This document shows, one piece after another, positions 24,145 through 32,000 of a stretch of DNA of 32,000 bases (position 1 is the stretch's first letter; each line of letters opens with the position of its first letter). The notes beneath the pieces are model-generated. The model saw only the letters and a list, made by a program, of their open reading frames with translations. It searched no databases and had not been told where the DNA came from. This stretch comes from Oikeobacillus pervagus (GTDB taxonomy: Bacteria; Bacillota; Bacilli; Bacillales; DSM-23947), in NCBI RefSeq assembly GCF_030813365.1, contig NZ_JAUSUC010000012.1:1-32000 (forward strand), given 5' to 3'. The translations under genes were made by a program, and so were the position numbers.

Positions 24145-25341
24145 ATGAAAAAGAAAAAATGGATCATGATAATAGCGGCTATTATCGTTATAGCCGTATT
24201 AGGTATAGGGAGTTTCCTTTTCTTTAATAAAGGTTCGGATGAAGCGATGGGAAACGGCGAACCAATGCCTATTCAAGTTAGAGAGTTAAGCAATGGTGTA
24301 AGTGCAAATGGACAATTGTTCGCAGGGGTTGTAGAACCGAAAGAAACACAAAAAATCATGTTGGAGCCAGACCGCGGAAAGGTCGCCGAAATATTTGTTA
24401 AAGAAGGCGATGAGGTAAAAAGTGGGACAAAACTTTTCTCCTATAATAACCAAGAAGGCCAACTACAATTAAAGGAAAAGTCAATTAATGTAGAAATGTC
24501 TGCCGTTACGATTAATCAAAAGAAGAAAGAAATGGCTTCCTTCCGTCAACAAATTAATAAGGCAGCATCCGATGAAAAAAAAGAGCTTCAACAACAATTG
24601 AGCCAATCTGAAGTCGATTTAAAAGTAGCTGAACTTGAAGCACAAAAAGTAAGAATGGATTACGAAGAATTCAGAAAAAAAATGAATGACAATATTGTAA
24701 CAGCAAAAGTAAATGGAATTGTCCAAAAAATTGACGTAGAACAACAAAAACAAGGAAATGAAGAAAATGGACAAGCAACTGCTGGGAGCTTCATGCAGAT
24801 CGTGAATACGGAAAACGTGTATGTAAAAGGAACTGTGAATGAATTAGTAAAAGATGAACTAAAAATCAATCAAAAAGTCAGTGTCGTAAGTCGTAAGGAT
24901 CCAGAGAAAAAATGGTCGGGTAAAATTGTGGAAATTGGTAAATTGCCTTCCGAAGAAAATGCAGGTGACCCTTCTATGGATTTTCAAGATCCAACAAACC
25001 CAACTGCCTCAAATTATCCATTTAAAGTTCAGTTAGACGACCATGAAGGCTTGGATTTTGGGTACCATGTCTTTATCGAATTAACAGATCAAGCCGGTGA
25101 CAAACAAGAAGTCGTCCTTCCATCAGACATCATCGTGCATGAAGATGACCATGCCTATGTGTGGAAAGTAAAAGATGGAGCTCTCATGAAACAAAAAGTT
25201 GAATTGGGGAAAGAGATGGAAGATGGAATGATGGTTGTAATTCAAAAGGGACTTTCATTAGATGACTATATTTTATTCCCGGAAGATTCTTTAAAAGAGG
25301 GAAAGAAGGTAACAATCGATGATTCAATTGAAGAACATTAA
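24145..25341 (+). CDS. Efflux transporter periplasmic adaptor (HlyD/MFP family; MacA/YknX-like)
   Basis: 398 aa with an N-terminal TM anchor, a lipoyl-like hairpin flanking a coiled coil, and beta-barrel domains. GAGGAGG SD upstream. First gene of a three-gene overlapping operon. Confidence 0.85.
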   Translation: MKKKKWIMIIAAIIVIAVLGIGSFLFFNKGSDEAMGNGEPMPIQVRELSNGVSANGQLFAGVVEPKETQKIMLEPDRGKVAEIFVKEGDEVKSGTKLFSYNNQEGQLQLKEKSINVEMSAVTINQKKKEMASFRQQINKAASDEKKELQQQLSQSEVDLKVAELEAQKVRMDYEEFRKKMNDNIVTAKVNGIVQKIDVEQQKQGNEENGQATAGSFMQIVNTENVYVKGTVNELVKDELKINQKVSVVSRKDPEKKWSGKIVEIGKLPSEENAGDPSMDFQDPTNPTASNYPFKVQLDDHEGLDFGYHVFIELTDQAGDKQEVVLPSDIIVHEDDHAYVWKVKDGALMKQKVELGKEMEDGMMVVIQKGLSLDDYILFPEDSLKEGKKVTIDDSIEEH

Positions 25342-26005
25342 TAAATCATATAAACAAGGAAAAGAGGAAATCCCTATCCTCCACCATATCAATCTTTCCA
25401 TTGAACAGGGAGAATATGTCTCAATCATGGGACCTTCTGGTTCGGGAAAATCGACTCTCATGAATATTATCGGCTGCTTAGATACCCCCACTTCAGGAGA
25501 ATATACATTAGAAGGAAAAAACATGTTAGCTGGAAAAGAAAATGAATTAGCGGCCATTCGCAATCAATTTATCGGGTTTGTCTTTCAAAGCTTTAATTTG
25601 CTCCCTCGTTCCACCGCGTTGGAAAATGTCGAATTACCACTAATTTATGCAAAAGTGGAGAAAAAAGAAAGGAGAAAGCGGGCTATTGAAGCTTTAACAA
25701 AAGTAGGTTTAGCGGATCGCCTTCATTTTAAACCTACACAACTTTCCGGCGGACAAAAACAACGTGTCGCAATAGCAAGGGCCATCGTCAATCAACCGAA
25801 ATTCGTACTAGCTGATGAACCAACCGGGGCATTAGATTCTAAATCAAGTGAACAAGTCATGGATATTTTTACAAAACTGAATCAAGAAGGGGTTACCGTT
25901 GTTTTAATTACCCATGAGCAGGAAATTGCTGACTTTACAAACCGAAAAATCTTTATTCGCGATGGACAAATTATGGAAGATGAAAGGAGAGTTGTGAATG
26001 TTTGA
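25319..26005 (+). CDS. ABC transporter ATP-binding protein, MacB/YknY-type
   Basis: 228 aa with Walker A GPSGSGKST, signature LSGGQKQRV and Walker B FVLADEPTGALD. Confidence 0.93.
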   Translation: MIQLKNINKSYKQGKEEIPILHHINLSIEQGEYVSIMGPSGSGKSTLMNIIGCLDTPTSGEYTLEGKNMLAGKENELAAIRNQFIGFVFQSFNLLPRSTALENVELPLIYAKVEKKERRKRAIEALTKVGLADRLHFKPTQLSGGQKQRVAIARAIVNQPKFVLADEPTGALDSKSSEQVMDIFTKLNQEGVTVVLITHEQEIADFTNRKIFIRDGQIMEDERRVVNV

Positions 26006-27239
26006 TCATATTAAACTTTCCTTTCAATCAATCTTTGCTCATAAAATGCGTTCGATTTTAACCATGCTAGGAGTTATTATTGGGATTGCTGCGATTATCG
26101 CGATTGTCTCGATGATTGAAGGGCAAAAGGAAAGCTTAAAGTCAGAAATGATTGGTACTGGAAACAATTCTATTACGGTCATGTTCCAATCCGACAATCA
26201 ATCTGGTATGCCTGGGGAGTATATTGGGGAAGTAGTAGAGGACCCACCTCCCAATGCCCTCCCTCCCATCACGAAAGAGCGACTTGAAGAGGCGGCTTCA
26301 ATGGATTTCGTCAAAAATGTCGCTGTGTTCTATCAAAATTACGCTCAAGTGTTTCATTTAAATAATTTCTCAGATACTGAAATTTACGCAATGGATGAAA
26401 ACTATCTTTCTTCCTTCCCTATACAGATCCTAGAAGGAAGAAAAATTACTAGAATCGAATATGATAAAGGCTTTCAAGTCACGATGATTAATGAAACGAC
26501 AAAGAATCAGCTATTTCCTGATGGTGAAGCCATTAATCAGTTCATCGAAGTGAACTCGATCCCTTTCCGAGTCATTGGGGTCTATAAAGAAAAGAAAAAG
26601 AAAGAAAAGAATTTAATGATGACGGATTTTGAACAAGGAAAGATGCTGATTCCGACTAAAGCTTGGCCTTATTTAGGCAGTTTTAATGATATGCCGCAAA
26701 TTATTGTGCAAGCCAATCATTCTGACGAGTTAGAAGCAGCTGGTCAATCAGTTGCCACCGTGTTAAATGAAGATATTCCCGAAGAGTCAACCTGGCATTA
26801 TAGCATCCCTAACCTAGATGATATTATGGCAGATCTAGAGGAATTCAACCGTGCCTTTTCATTACTTTTAGGAGGGATTGCAAGTATTTCCCTATTAGTA
26901 GGGGGAATCGGGGTAATGAATATTATGCTTGTTTCCGTCACAGAGCGGACACGTGAAATCGGGATTAAAAAAGCATTAGGAGCAAAACGTCGGATTATTT
27001 TAGCTCAATTTTTAACCGAAGCTGCAGTTCTAACAAGTATTGGCGGAATTATCGGCATATTAACTGGTTTAGGAGGAGCAAAAGCAATTGCTCATTTTGC
27101 CCATTTACCATTTGCTGTACCCGTTCCAGCGGTCATCGGTTCCGTCTTATTTTCCATGGCAGTCGGGATTATCTTCGGGCTAATCCCATCCTTAAAAGCA
27201 GCAAAAATGAAACCGATCGATGCTCTACGTTACGAATAG
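25998..27239 (+). CDS. ABC transporter permease, MacB/FtsX-type (YknZ-like)
   Basis: 413 aa with an N-terminal TM, a large extracytoplasmic MacB-PCD-like domain and a C-terminal FtsX domain (TREIGIKKALGAKRRIIL). AAAGGAGAG SD upstream. Confidence 0.9.
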   Translation: MFDHIKLSFQSIFAHKMRSILTMLGVIIGIAAIIAIVSMIEGQKESLKSEMIGTGNNSITVMFQSDNQSGMPGEYIGEVVEDPPPNALPPITKERLEEAASMDFVKNVAVFYQNYAQVFHLNNFSDTEIYAMDENYLSSFPIQILEGRKITRIEYDKGFQVTMINETTKNQLFPDGEAINQFIEVNSIPFRVIGVYKEKKKKEKNLMMTDFEQGKMLIPTKAWPYLGSFNDMPQIIVQANHSDELEAAGQSVATVLNEDIPEESTWHYSIPNLDDIMADLEEFNRAFSLLLGGIASISLLVGGIGVMNIMLVSVTERTREIGIKKALGAKRRIILAQFLTEAAVLTSIGGIIGILTGLGGAKAIAHFAHLPFAVPVPAVIGSVLFSMAVGIIFGLIPSLKAAKMKPIDALRYE

Positions 27240-27303
27240 CTATTATATAGGGATATCTCAAAACAGTGGGATATTCCTTTTTTCCCGTTTGAACAGGTAC
27301 AGA

Positions 27304-27750
27304 TTATTTAAGTTTCTCCTCTTTACTATCAATATAGCTTTGATATTCTTCAATATATTCTTGTTCCTTTTTCAGCCTTTTCACCTTCTTGATTCCTTTT
27401 TTATATACAAAAAAATAGGGAATCAAGCCGAGCTTTGGTGATTCAGGTAAAGAGTTCATCCATTTGCGATAACGAGACCTATCCACAAATTGCATTTGCT
27501 TCTTTGAACGACAATGTGGACAGGAATGCTCAAGATCTGAGACTCTCCCTCCCCCTTTTTCCAATTGATGAAGAATGAGTTGGTATTCTCTACTATATTG
27601 ACCACATTTTTTACAGAAATATAGATGATTTGCCTTACTCCATCCAGCAAACGGAATGAAATGATTCCACGAATCCTCATAAAATGAAACAACCATAAAT
27701 GCCGCAAACAAAGGAAATGTTATCGCCAAAAGTAAAATGACTAATTCCAT
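27304..27750 (-). CDS. Membrane-anchored CxxC...CxxC zinc-ribbon-like protein, unknown function
   Basis: ATG 27750 (MELVILLLAITFPLFAAFMVV TM) has a GGGGTG SD-like sequence upstream. FCKKCGQ...SCPHCRS are present, with a Lys-rich C-terminus. The 185-aa track ORF probably over-extends the N-terminus. Confidence 0.55.
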   Translation of the reverse strand: MELVILLLAITFPLFAAFMVVSFYEDSWNHFIPFAGWSKANHLYFCKKCGQYSREYQLILHQLEKGGGRVSDLEHSCPHCRSKKQMQFVDRSRYRKWMNSLPESPKLGLIPYFFVYKKGIKKVKRLKKEQEYIEEYQSYIDSKEEKLK

Positions 27751-27920
27751 TTTGACACCCCATTTTTTTGAATCATTACTATCCTCATTTCCACCGACAC
27801 GCCTCAGTATATATTTTATCAAAAATGGGGGGAAATGGTTGGCTATAAAGTGAAACTTCATTCAGTGGGGGTTTTCTTCATCCCCCACTAAAATGTTAGT
27901 TGACCTTATCGGACCTTTAG

Positions 27921-28032
27921 GGGCAGTTATCCTCCACCTATCTTCTTTGTTTCCAAATCATTTTGAGGTGGAGGTTTTACTGCCCGTTAAGGCGGGATAA
28001 ACGATATCCCTGTGACGTTTCTCACAGTTTTT
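27921..28032 (+). ncRNA. Unclassified structured RNA candidate ending in an intrinsic terminator
   Basis: A long hairpin GGGCAGT-TAT-CCTCCACC ...28 nt... GGTGGAGG-TTTT-ACTGCCC is followed by hairpin GGGATA-AACGA-TATCCC, then CTGTGA-CGTTTC-TCACAG plus TTTTT. An alternative CCCG/CGGG pairing bridges the first two helices. No convincing promoter or ORF was found. Confidence 0.3.
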
Positions 28033-28147
28033 AAAAAGATAATATGATACAGTTTTTCATTAGAATCCAACATTGATGGTCTATTGTTAACAAATTGTAG
28101 AAATATGTGGAAATATGTTAAGTTTTGTTAAGTTTTGTTAAAAAACG

Positions 28148-28175
28148 TTGTCGGAATTGAGTGATTTGTGATAAT
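28148..28175 (+). promoter_or_regulatory. Sigma-A promoter with extended -10 driving the riboswitch leader
   Basis: -35 TTGTCG (28148-28153), 16-nt spacer, then TGTGATAAT (TG-N-GATAAT, 28167-28175). Confidence 0.6.
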
Positions 28176-28199
28176 TTAGTACCATAATTAAAAATCTAA

Positions 28200-28306
28200 T
28201 CATCCAATATAACTGTAGATAAAGGCAAACTATTCGAAAGGATAGGACGCAAAGCCTAGGGTCTAAGGTTTAAAACTATGATCGCCTGGCTACCAACATT
28301 GATGGT
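28200..28306 (+). promoter_or_regulatory. c-di-GMP-I (GEMM) riboswitch aptamer
   Basis: AAAGGCAAAC-UAUUC-GAAA-GGAUAG-GACGCAAAGCC-UAGGGUCUAAGG...GAUCGCCUGGCUACCAA matches the GEMM-I core: GGCAAAC, a GAAA-capped helix, GACGCAAAGCC, and the AGCCUAGG/CCUGGCU helix ending in CUACC. The closing P1 is AUC(C)AAU / AUUGAU. Confidence 0.85.
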
Positions 28307-28327
28307 CTATTGACGATCTAATATTTG

Positions 28328-28356
28328 GCTATTCTAAAAATTAGAATAGCTTTTTT
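28328..28356 (+). terminator. Riboswitch expression-platform terminator
   Basis: Perfect 10-bp stem GCTATTCTAA-AAA-TTAGAATAGC followed by TTTTTT, 60 nt upstream of the regulated start codon. Confidence 0.85.
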
Positions 28357-28416
28357 ATTTTGTATACAAAACTGACTGATAAAAGCATTGTAGATCAAAA
28401 GGAGGATGTACTGTAA

Positions 28417-28989
28417 TTGAGCAAACAATGGAATCTCGATGAAATCGAATATTTGGAAGAGAATATCGGTTTTTATAAAGTTTCAACCATCGCTGAAAAA
28501 ATGGGACGTACATATGAATCCGTAAGAATTAAGATGAACCGTTTAGGAATTGCTAACACGAAACAACAAACAGGACTTGTCACCATCGGAGAGCTTGCAA
28601 ATATTTTAAAAGTTGAACGAAATACAGTGAAATGGTGGACACAAAAACACGGATTACCTTATCGAAAGAAAATCACAAAGAAATCGAAAATCTTTTATTT
28701 TATTGACCCTACTAAATTTTGGACATGGGCTGAGAAAAATAAATCAAAAATACAGTTTTTAAATATAGAGCCTCAATCCTTACCTCCAGAACCAGATTGG
28801 GTTGCTGAAGAAAGGAGAAATGAGAGAGAAAAGAAAGTGAGAAAAAAAAGAGTATATCAACAATGGACAACGAAAGAAGATCAAACCCTTTTGGAATTAA
28901 GAAATGAAGGTCTTACTTATGCAGAAATCGGTGAAATAATGGATCGTAGCGTAAACAGTATTGTTCGCCGATATAAACGAATTATCTAG
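28417..28989 (+). CDS. DNA-binding protein with two Myb/SANT-like repeats flanking an excisionase/MerR-type HTH
   Basis: 190 aa. The N-terminal repeat is WNLDEIEYLEENIGFYKVSTIAEKMGRTYESVRIKMNRLGI. The central HTH is VTIGELANILKVERNTVKWWTQKHGLPY. The C-terminal repeat is WTTKEDQTLLELRNEGLTYAEIGEIMDRSVNSIVRRYKRI. TTG start lies 11 nt after AAAGGAGG. Confidence 0.75.
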   Translation: MSKQWNLDEIEYLEENIGFYKVSTIAEKMGRTYESVRIKMNRLGIANTKQQTGLVTIGELANILKVERNTVKWWTQKHGLPYRKKITKKSKIFYFIDPTKFWTWAEKNKSKIQFLNIEPQSLPPEPDWVAEERRNEREKKVRKKRVYQQWTTKEDQTLLELRNEGLTYAEIGEIMDRSVNSIVRRYKRII

Positions 28990-29075
28990 AAAATCCTTGA
29001 ATCATGGGTCGCCCTCTTTCTTCCCTATTGAAAGGATTACTTTTGAAATTTAAATATGAAAGTTCAGCTTTAGAT

Positions 29076-29107
29076 GAGTGGGAGTAACAAACTTCCACTC
29101 CTTTTTG
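29076..29107 (+). terminator. Terminator of the Myb-like gene
   Basis: GAGTGGGAGT-AACAA-ACTTCCACTC followed by CTTTTT. Confidence 0.75.
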
Positions 29108-29266
29108 GTTGGAATCCCCATCTAAGCATGTATTTTCAAACCCTCCTTGTTTTGTTCCACAGTATTTAAAAAGTCAATCGCTGTTCTCATTTTCCCACCA
29201 TGTATATTTTACTTTTGATTAAATTATACTCTTGAATGAAATATATAATTTTGTTAAGTTTATTTT

Positions 29267-29608
29267 ATGGATAGAACAAGTTTAATTAAAGGTCATTTAG
29301 AAATGTGTGTATTAGCCATTTTGTCTAAGGAAAAAAGTTATGGTTATGAAATTATGAAAGAACTTGAAAAATACAATTTAAAATTGAAAGGAGTAGGGAG
29401 TATTTACCCGATTTTGAATAAACTCAAGGACCAGGAATGTGTTGATATGAACCGGGAGATGACAGAAAATGGAAAAGTTCGGGTTTATTATGAAATCAAT
29501 GAAACAGGAAAAATATACCTACAAAATCAAATCAATGAGTGGCTAGGGTTACAACAGGATATAAAATCCTTATTACAAAACAGTTTGAAAGGAGTTCCAT
29601 TGACATGA
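29267..29608 (+). CDS. PadR family transcriptional regulator
   Basis: 113 aa with KGHLEMCVLAILSKEKSYGYEIMKEL...GSIYPILNKL...RVYYEINETG, a winged-HTH PadR pattern. No obvious SD. Confidence 0.85.
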   Translation: MDRTSLIKGHLEMCVLAILSKEKSYGYEIMKELEKYNLKLKGVGSIYPILNKLKDQECVDMNREMTENGKVRVYYEINETGKIYLQNQINEWLGLQQDIKSLLQNSLKGVPLT

Positions 29609-30117
29609 ACTTGAAATTGACGATGAAAGAAAAACAGTTTTTAAATGAAGTTCTTGAAGAATTAAAGCAATATCAAGTTAGTTCAAAAAGCCGAAACAAT
29701 ATTAAACAACAGATTTTAGAGCATATACAAGAAGCTCGCGAACATGGCCAAGATAGCCTTCATGAATTAGGCGATTCAACAACATTTGTGAAAGACTTTT
29801 TAGATATTAATGGAATAGATCTGCACGCCAAAATGACAAAAATGCGGAAATCCGATAAGAGGATGGGGATTTTACTTTTGACCGGATCCCTCTCGTTTAT
29901 TTTCACCTATCTTGCCTCTCAACTCATCTTATCGATGTTCTTAACGGAATCCTTTAACCCGCAATATACGAATCGCTCATTTGATTATCATATCTTTTAT
30001 CAGATATCTGACCATACATGGTGGAATTTCATGCTTATCATCATTAGTTTTTCTACTGCTCTTTTAGTTTCCGTGCTTACCGTAAAACTTTTTGTTTCAA
30101 AAATAAGAGGTTGGTGA
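29605..30117 (+). CDS. PadR-associated membrane protein (DUF1700/HAAS-type sensor)
   Basis: ATG 29605 overlaps the PadR stop (ATGA). The helical N-domain is EKQFLNEVLEELKQY...IKQQILEHIQEAREHG, followed by TM segments. The 192-aa track ORF over-extends into padR. Confidence 0.75.
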   Translation: MNLKLTMKEKQFLNEVLEELKQYQVSSKSRNNIKQQILEHIQEAREHGQDSLHELGDSTTFVKDFLDINGIDLHAKMTKMRKSDKRMGILLLTGSLSFIFTYLASQLILSMFLTESFNPQYTNRSFDYHIFYQISDHTWWNFMLIIISFSTALLVSVLTVKLFVSKIRGW

Positions 30118-30122
30118 ACAAT

Positions 30123-31571
30123 ATGATGAAAATATTAACAGCGACATCGAAAGTTATGTTGGTATGCCTATTGTTGCTTTCATCCCTATTTTTCCCTATT
30201 TCACAAACCGCAGCAAAACAAGACATGAAGAGTACTATAGACACCTATATCGAAAATTTTTTAGAAGAACATCACATTCCAGGTGCTTCTGTTGCGATTG
30301 TTCATGAAAACGATCTCTTCTATTCTAATTCATGGGGTGTAACGGGAGAATCGAAGGAAAAGGTAACGACCCAAACCCCCTTTACGATCGGATCGATTAG
30401 TAAATCATTGACAGGTCTTGCCATAATGAGATTAATCGATGAAGAAACCATCCATCTAGAAGATCCAATCAAAAAATATCTTCCTTGGTTTACACTAAAA
30501 GACCAACAAGCCACATCTCAGATTACCATCAAACATTTACTCACCCATACAAGTGGAATCAGTACTTATTCCGGTTTGTCCATATCAGACAAAGAATCTA
30601 AAGAATCCGATGCGATCCAAAAGAATGTAAAAAGTCTATCAAATGTTAAGCTAACCGCTACACCTGGAGAAAAATATCAATATAGTAATGCTAATTTCCT
30701 GATTCTCGGTGCTTTAATTGAAGAGGTTACCCATCAAACCTATTCTAAATACATGGAACAGCAAGTATTTTTACCATTAAATATGAAGAATGCAGCAGCT
30801 GATCATCATTCGGCCTATAAAAAAGGATATCTAGCTGGTTATCAGTCTTGGTTAGGAATCCCTCGAAAAAGTTCTATCACATATGATACGAGCGGAGCAC
30901 CATATGGATATATTGCCGCAAGTGTAGAAGATATGGCCGAATACATTCAATTCCTTAGTCAGCATGATCATAATCAATTTTTAACGGATCCTAATATGCA
31001 TCTTTATATATCCTCTCATGTTCAAACAGATGAAAATCGTTATTATGGCTTAGGTTTAAGGATTACAAATCTAGACCTAGGAGGAAAAATGATTTGGCAT
31101 TCAGGGTCTACCCCTGATTCACGCGCAGAATTATTCGCCATTCCAGAAACTGGTTGGGGTGGAGTCATCCTTACAAATAAAAATCATATTCTAGAGGAAG
31201 CGGCATTGATTCATCTTAGAAACGGGATCATTGATATTTTGAATGGGGAGAAACCAGCTGATATTCCAAAAAGTCCCCCTTATACTCAAATCGTAGTTAT
31301 GGGGATCATTGGTCTTCTTTTTGTATTGTTCGCTACCCTTCTAGTACAGATTCAATCGAAAAAAATTCATAAAAGAAAGGCATGGCGTATATTTGGGATC
31401 GTTTTGCTCATTTTATCCATTTCCATGATTCCATCGCTCATCTATCGTGTGGGAACCCCTTGGCATACGTTAAAAGTATTTGCTGCCGACATTGCATTTC
31501 TAACCATCCTAATGGTGATTCTTTTAGCATTGAACGGTATATTATCCATCTATCATTCCGTTAAACGATAA
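30123..31571 (+). CDS. Serine hydrolase of the beta-lactamase / PBP4*-like family with C-terminal TM segments
   Basis: Signal-like MMKILTATSKVMLVCLLLL, an SxxK motif (GSISKSL), a YxN motif (YQYSNAN), and two to three C-terminal TM helices. ATG 30123 is preferred over TTG 30111. Confidence 0.85.
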   Translation: MMKILTATSKVMLVCLLLLSSLFFPISQTAAKQDMKSTIDTYIENFLEEHHIPGASVAIVHENDLFYSNSWGVTGESKEKVTTQTPFTIGSISKSLTGLAIMRLIDEETIHLEDPIKKYLPWFTLKDQQATSQITIKHLLTHTSGISTYSGLSISDKESKESDAIQKNVKSLSNVKLTATPGEKYQYSNANFLILGALIEEVTHQTYSKYMEQQVFLPLNMKNAAADHHSAYKKGYLAGYQSWLGIPRKSSITYDTSGAPYGYIAASVEDMAEYIQFLSQHDHNQFLTDPNMHLYISSHVQTDENRYYGLGLRITNLDLGGKMIWHSGSTPDSRAELFAIPETGWGGVILTNKNHILEEAALIHLRNGIIDILNGEKPADIPKSPPYTQIVVMGIIGLLFVLFATLLVQIQSKKIHKRKAWRIFGIVLLILSISMIPSLIYRVGTPWHTLKVFAADIAFLTILMVILLALNGILSIYHSVKR

Positions 31572-31717
31572 ATAGTACAATCGCAATTAACATATTCATG
31601 ATCCACATTTTGATGATAAAATATGATCGAAAGAGTAGTTCATCTATGAGACTCTTGATATAGTCGGAAAGACATGTTCATTAATAGAAAGGAATCATAT
31701 TTAAAGGGGAGAAAAAT

Positions 31718-32000
31718 ATGTTTTCAAACGAAGAGAAAGAAGCCATCTATAAAGTGATTTACAACAGGAGAGATATCCGCAGTTTTTTATCCACTCCTAT
31801 TCCCAAAGAAACTTTATATAGAATATTGAATGCAGCCCATCATGCCCCTTCCGTAGGTTTTATGCAACCTTGGAATTTTATCTTAATTTCCTCAGACGAT
31901 ATTAAGGAGAAATTGGCATGGGCAGCTGAAAAGGAACGGCAGGCATTAGCGATTCACTATGAAGGAGAAAAAGCCACAAAGTTTTTGGACTTAAAAGTCG
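31718..32000 (+). CDS. bluB: 5,6-dimethylbenzimidazole synthase (BluB, nitroreductase fold), 5' part; runs off the window
   Basis: MFSNEEKEAIYKVIYNRRDIRSFLSTPIPKETLYRILNAAHHAPSVGFMQPWNFILISS matches the BluB-type RRD[IV]R.F and HHAPSVGFMQPW region. AAAGGGGAG SD upstream. Confidence 0.7.
   Translation, partial: MFSNEEKEAIYKVIYNRRDIRSFLSTPIPKETLYRILNAAHHAPSVGFMQPWNFILISSDDIKEKLAWAAEKERQALAIHYEGEKATKFLDLKV

Noticed and set aside
27751-27861. N-terminal extension of the zinc-ribbon membrane protein ORF, with similar extensions at 1524-1598, 5041-5058, 5968-6021, 16611-16640, 20401-20460 and 29539-29604
   Set aside because: In each case an internal start with a proper SD and a sensible N-terminus (signal peptide, TM segment or conserved start) fits better than the longest-ORF start.
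27921-28032. Guanidine-I (ykkC) or second c-di-GMP riboswitch assignment for the upstream structured RNA
   Set aside because: It shares only GGCGGGAUAAA-like and UAGGG strings. It lacks GGUCCGAGAG (ykkC) and GGCAAAC/GACGCAAAGCC (GEMM-I), so it is kept only as an unclassified candidate.
29110-29170. 19-aa minus-strand mini-ORF (MLRWGFQPKRSGSLLLPLI) after an AAGGAGGG
   Set aside because: The SD spacing is 11 nt and the ORF runs through the plus-strand terminator hairpin. There is no supporting feature.
31572-31717. Expected cobalamin riboswitch upstream of bluB
   Set aside because: No B12-box-like GCCACTG core or multi-helix junction is visible in the 146-nt leader.

Overview
Low-GC Bacillaceae-type chromosomal segment. 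Positions 1-23.9 kb are almost all minus-strand and follow the B. subtilis-like order: S41 protease, ftsX, ftsE, cccB, yvjA (remnant only), prfB, secA ... hpf, fliT, fliS, fliD, flaG. Accessory material interrupts this backbone. One block holds a thioredoxin-like/membrane gene pair, two tiny YjcZ-type genes and a coiled-coil M23 peptidase downstream of ftsEX. A roughly 5.5-kb block between secA and hpf holds a SEC-C/HTH protein, a split chromate transporter, a cytosolic GGT-like enzyme and a small HesB-like gene. A second flagellin/FliS/YjfB module sits between hpf and fliT. From 24 kb onward the genes are mostly plus-strand: a MacAB/YknXYZ-like efflux operon, a riboswitch-controlled DNA-binding protein, a PadR-HAAS-serine hydrolase trio and the 5' end of bluB. 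Five things seem most worth follow-up. (1) A clear c-di-GMP-I (GEMM) riboswitch plus terminator precedes a three-HTH Myb-like protein, with an unidentified structured RNA and phased repeats upstream of it. (2) A HesB-like ORF missed by the ORF track carries one in-frame TGA at the position of the conserved Cys, followed by a SECIS-like hairpin, so it is a candidate selenoprotein. (3) The canonical prfB +1 frameshift site is present. (4) Two related families of long-hairpin intergenic repeats (five copies) sit at synteny breakpoints. (5) A 20-nt periodic repeat array lies in the secA-prfB spacer. I found no CRISPR array, rRNA, tRNA, transposase or integrase gene. All homology statements rest on motif recognition by eye, not on database searches.
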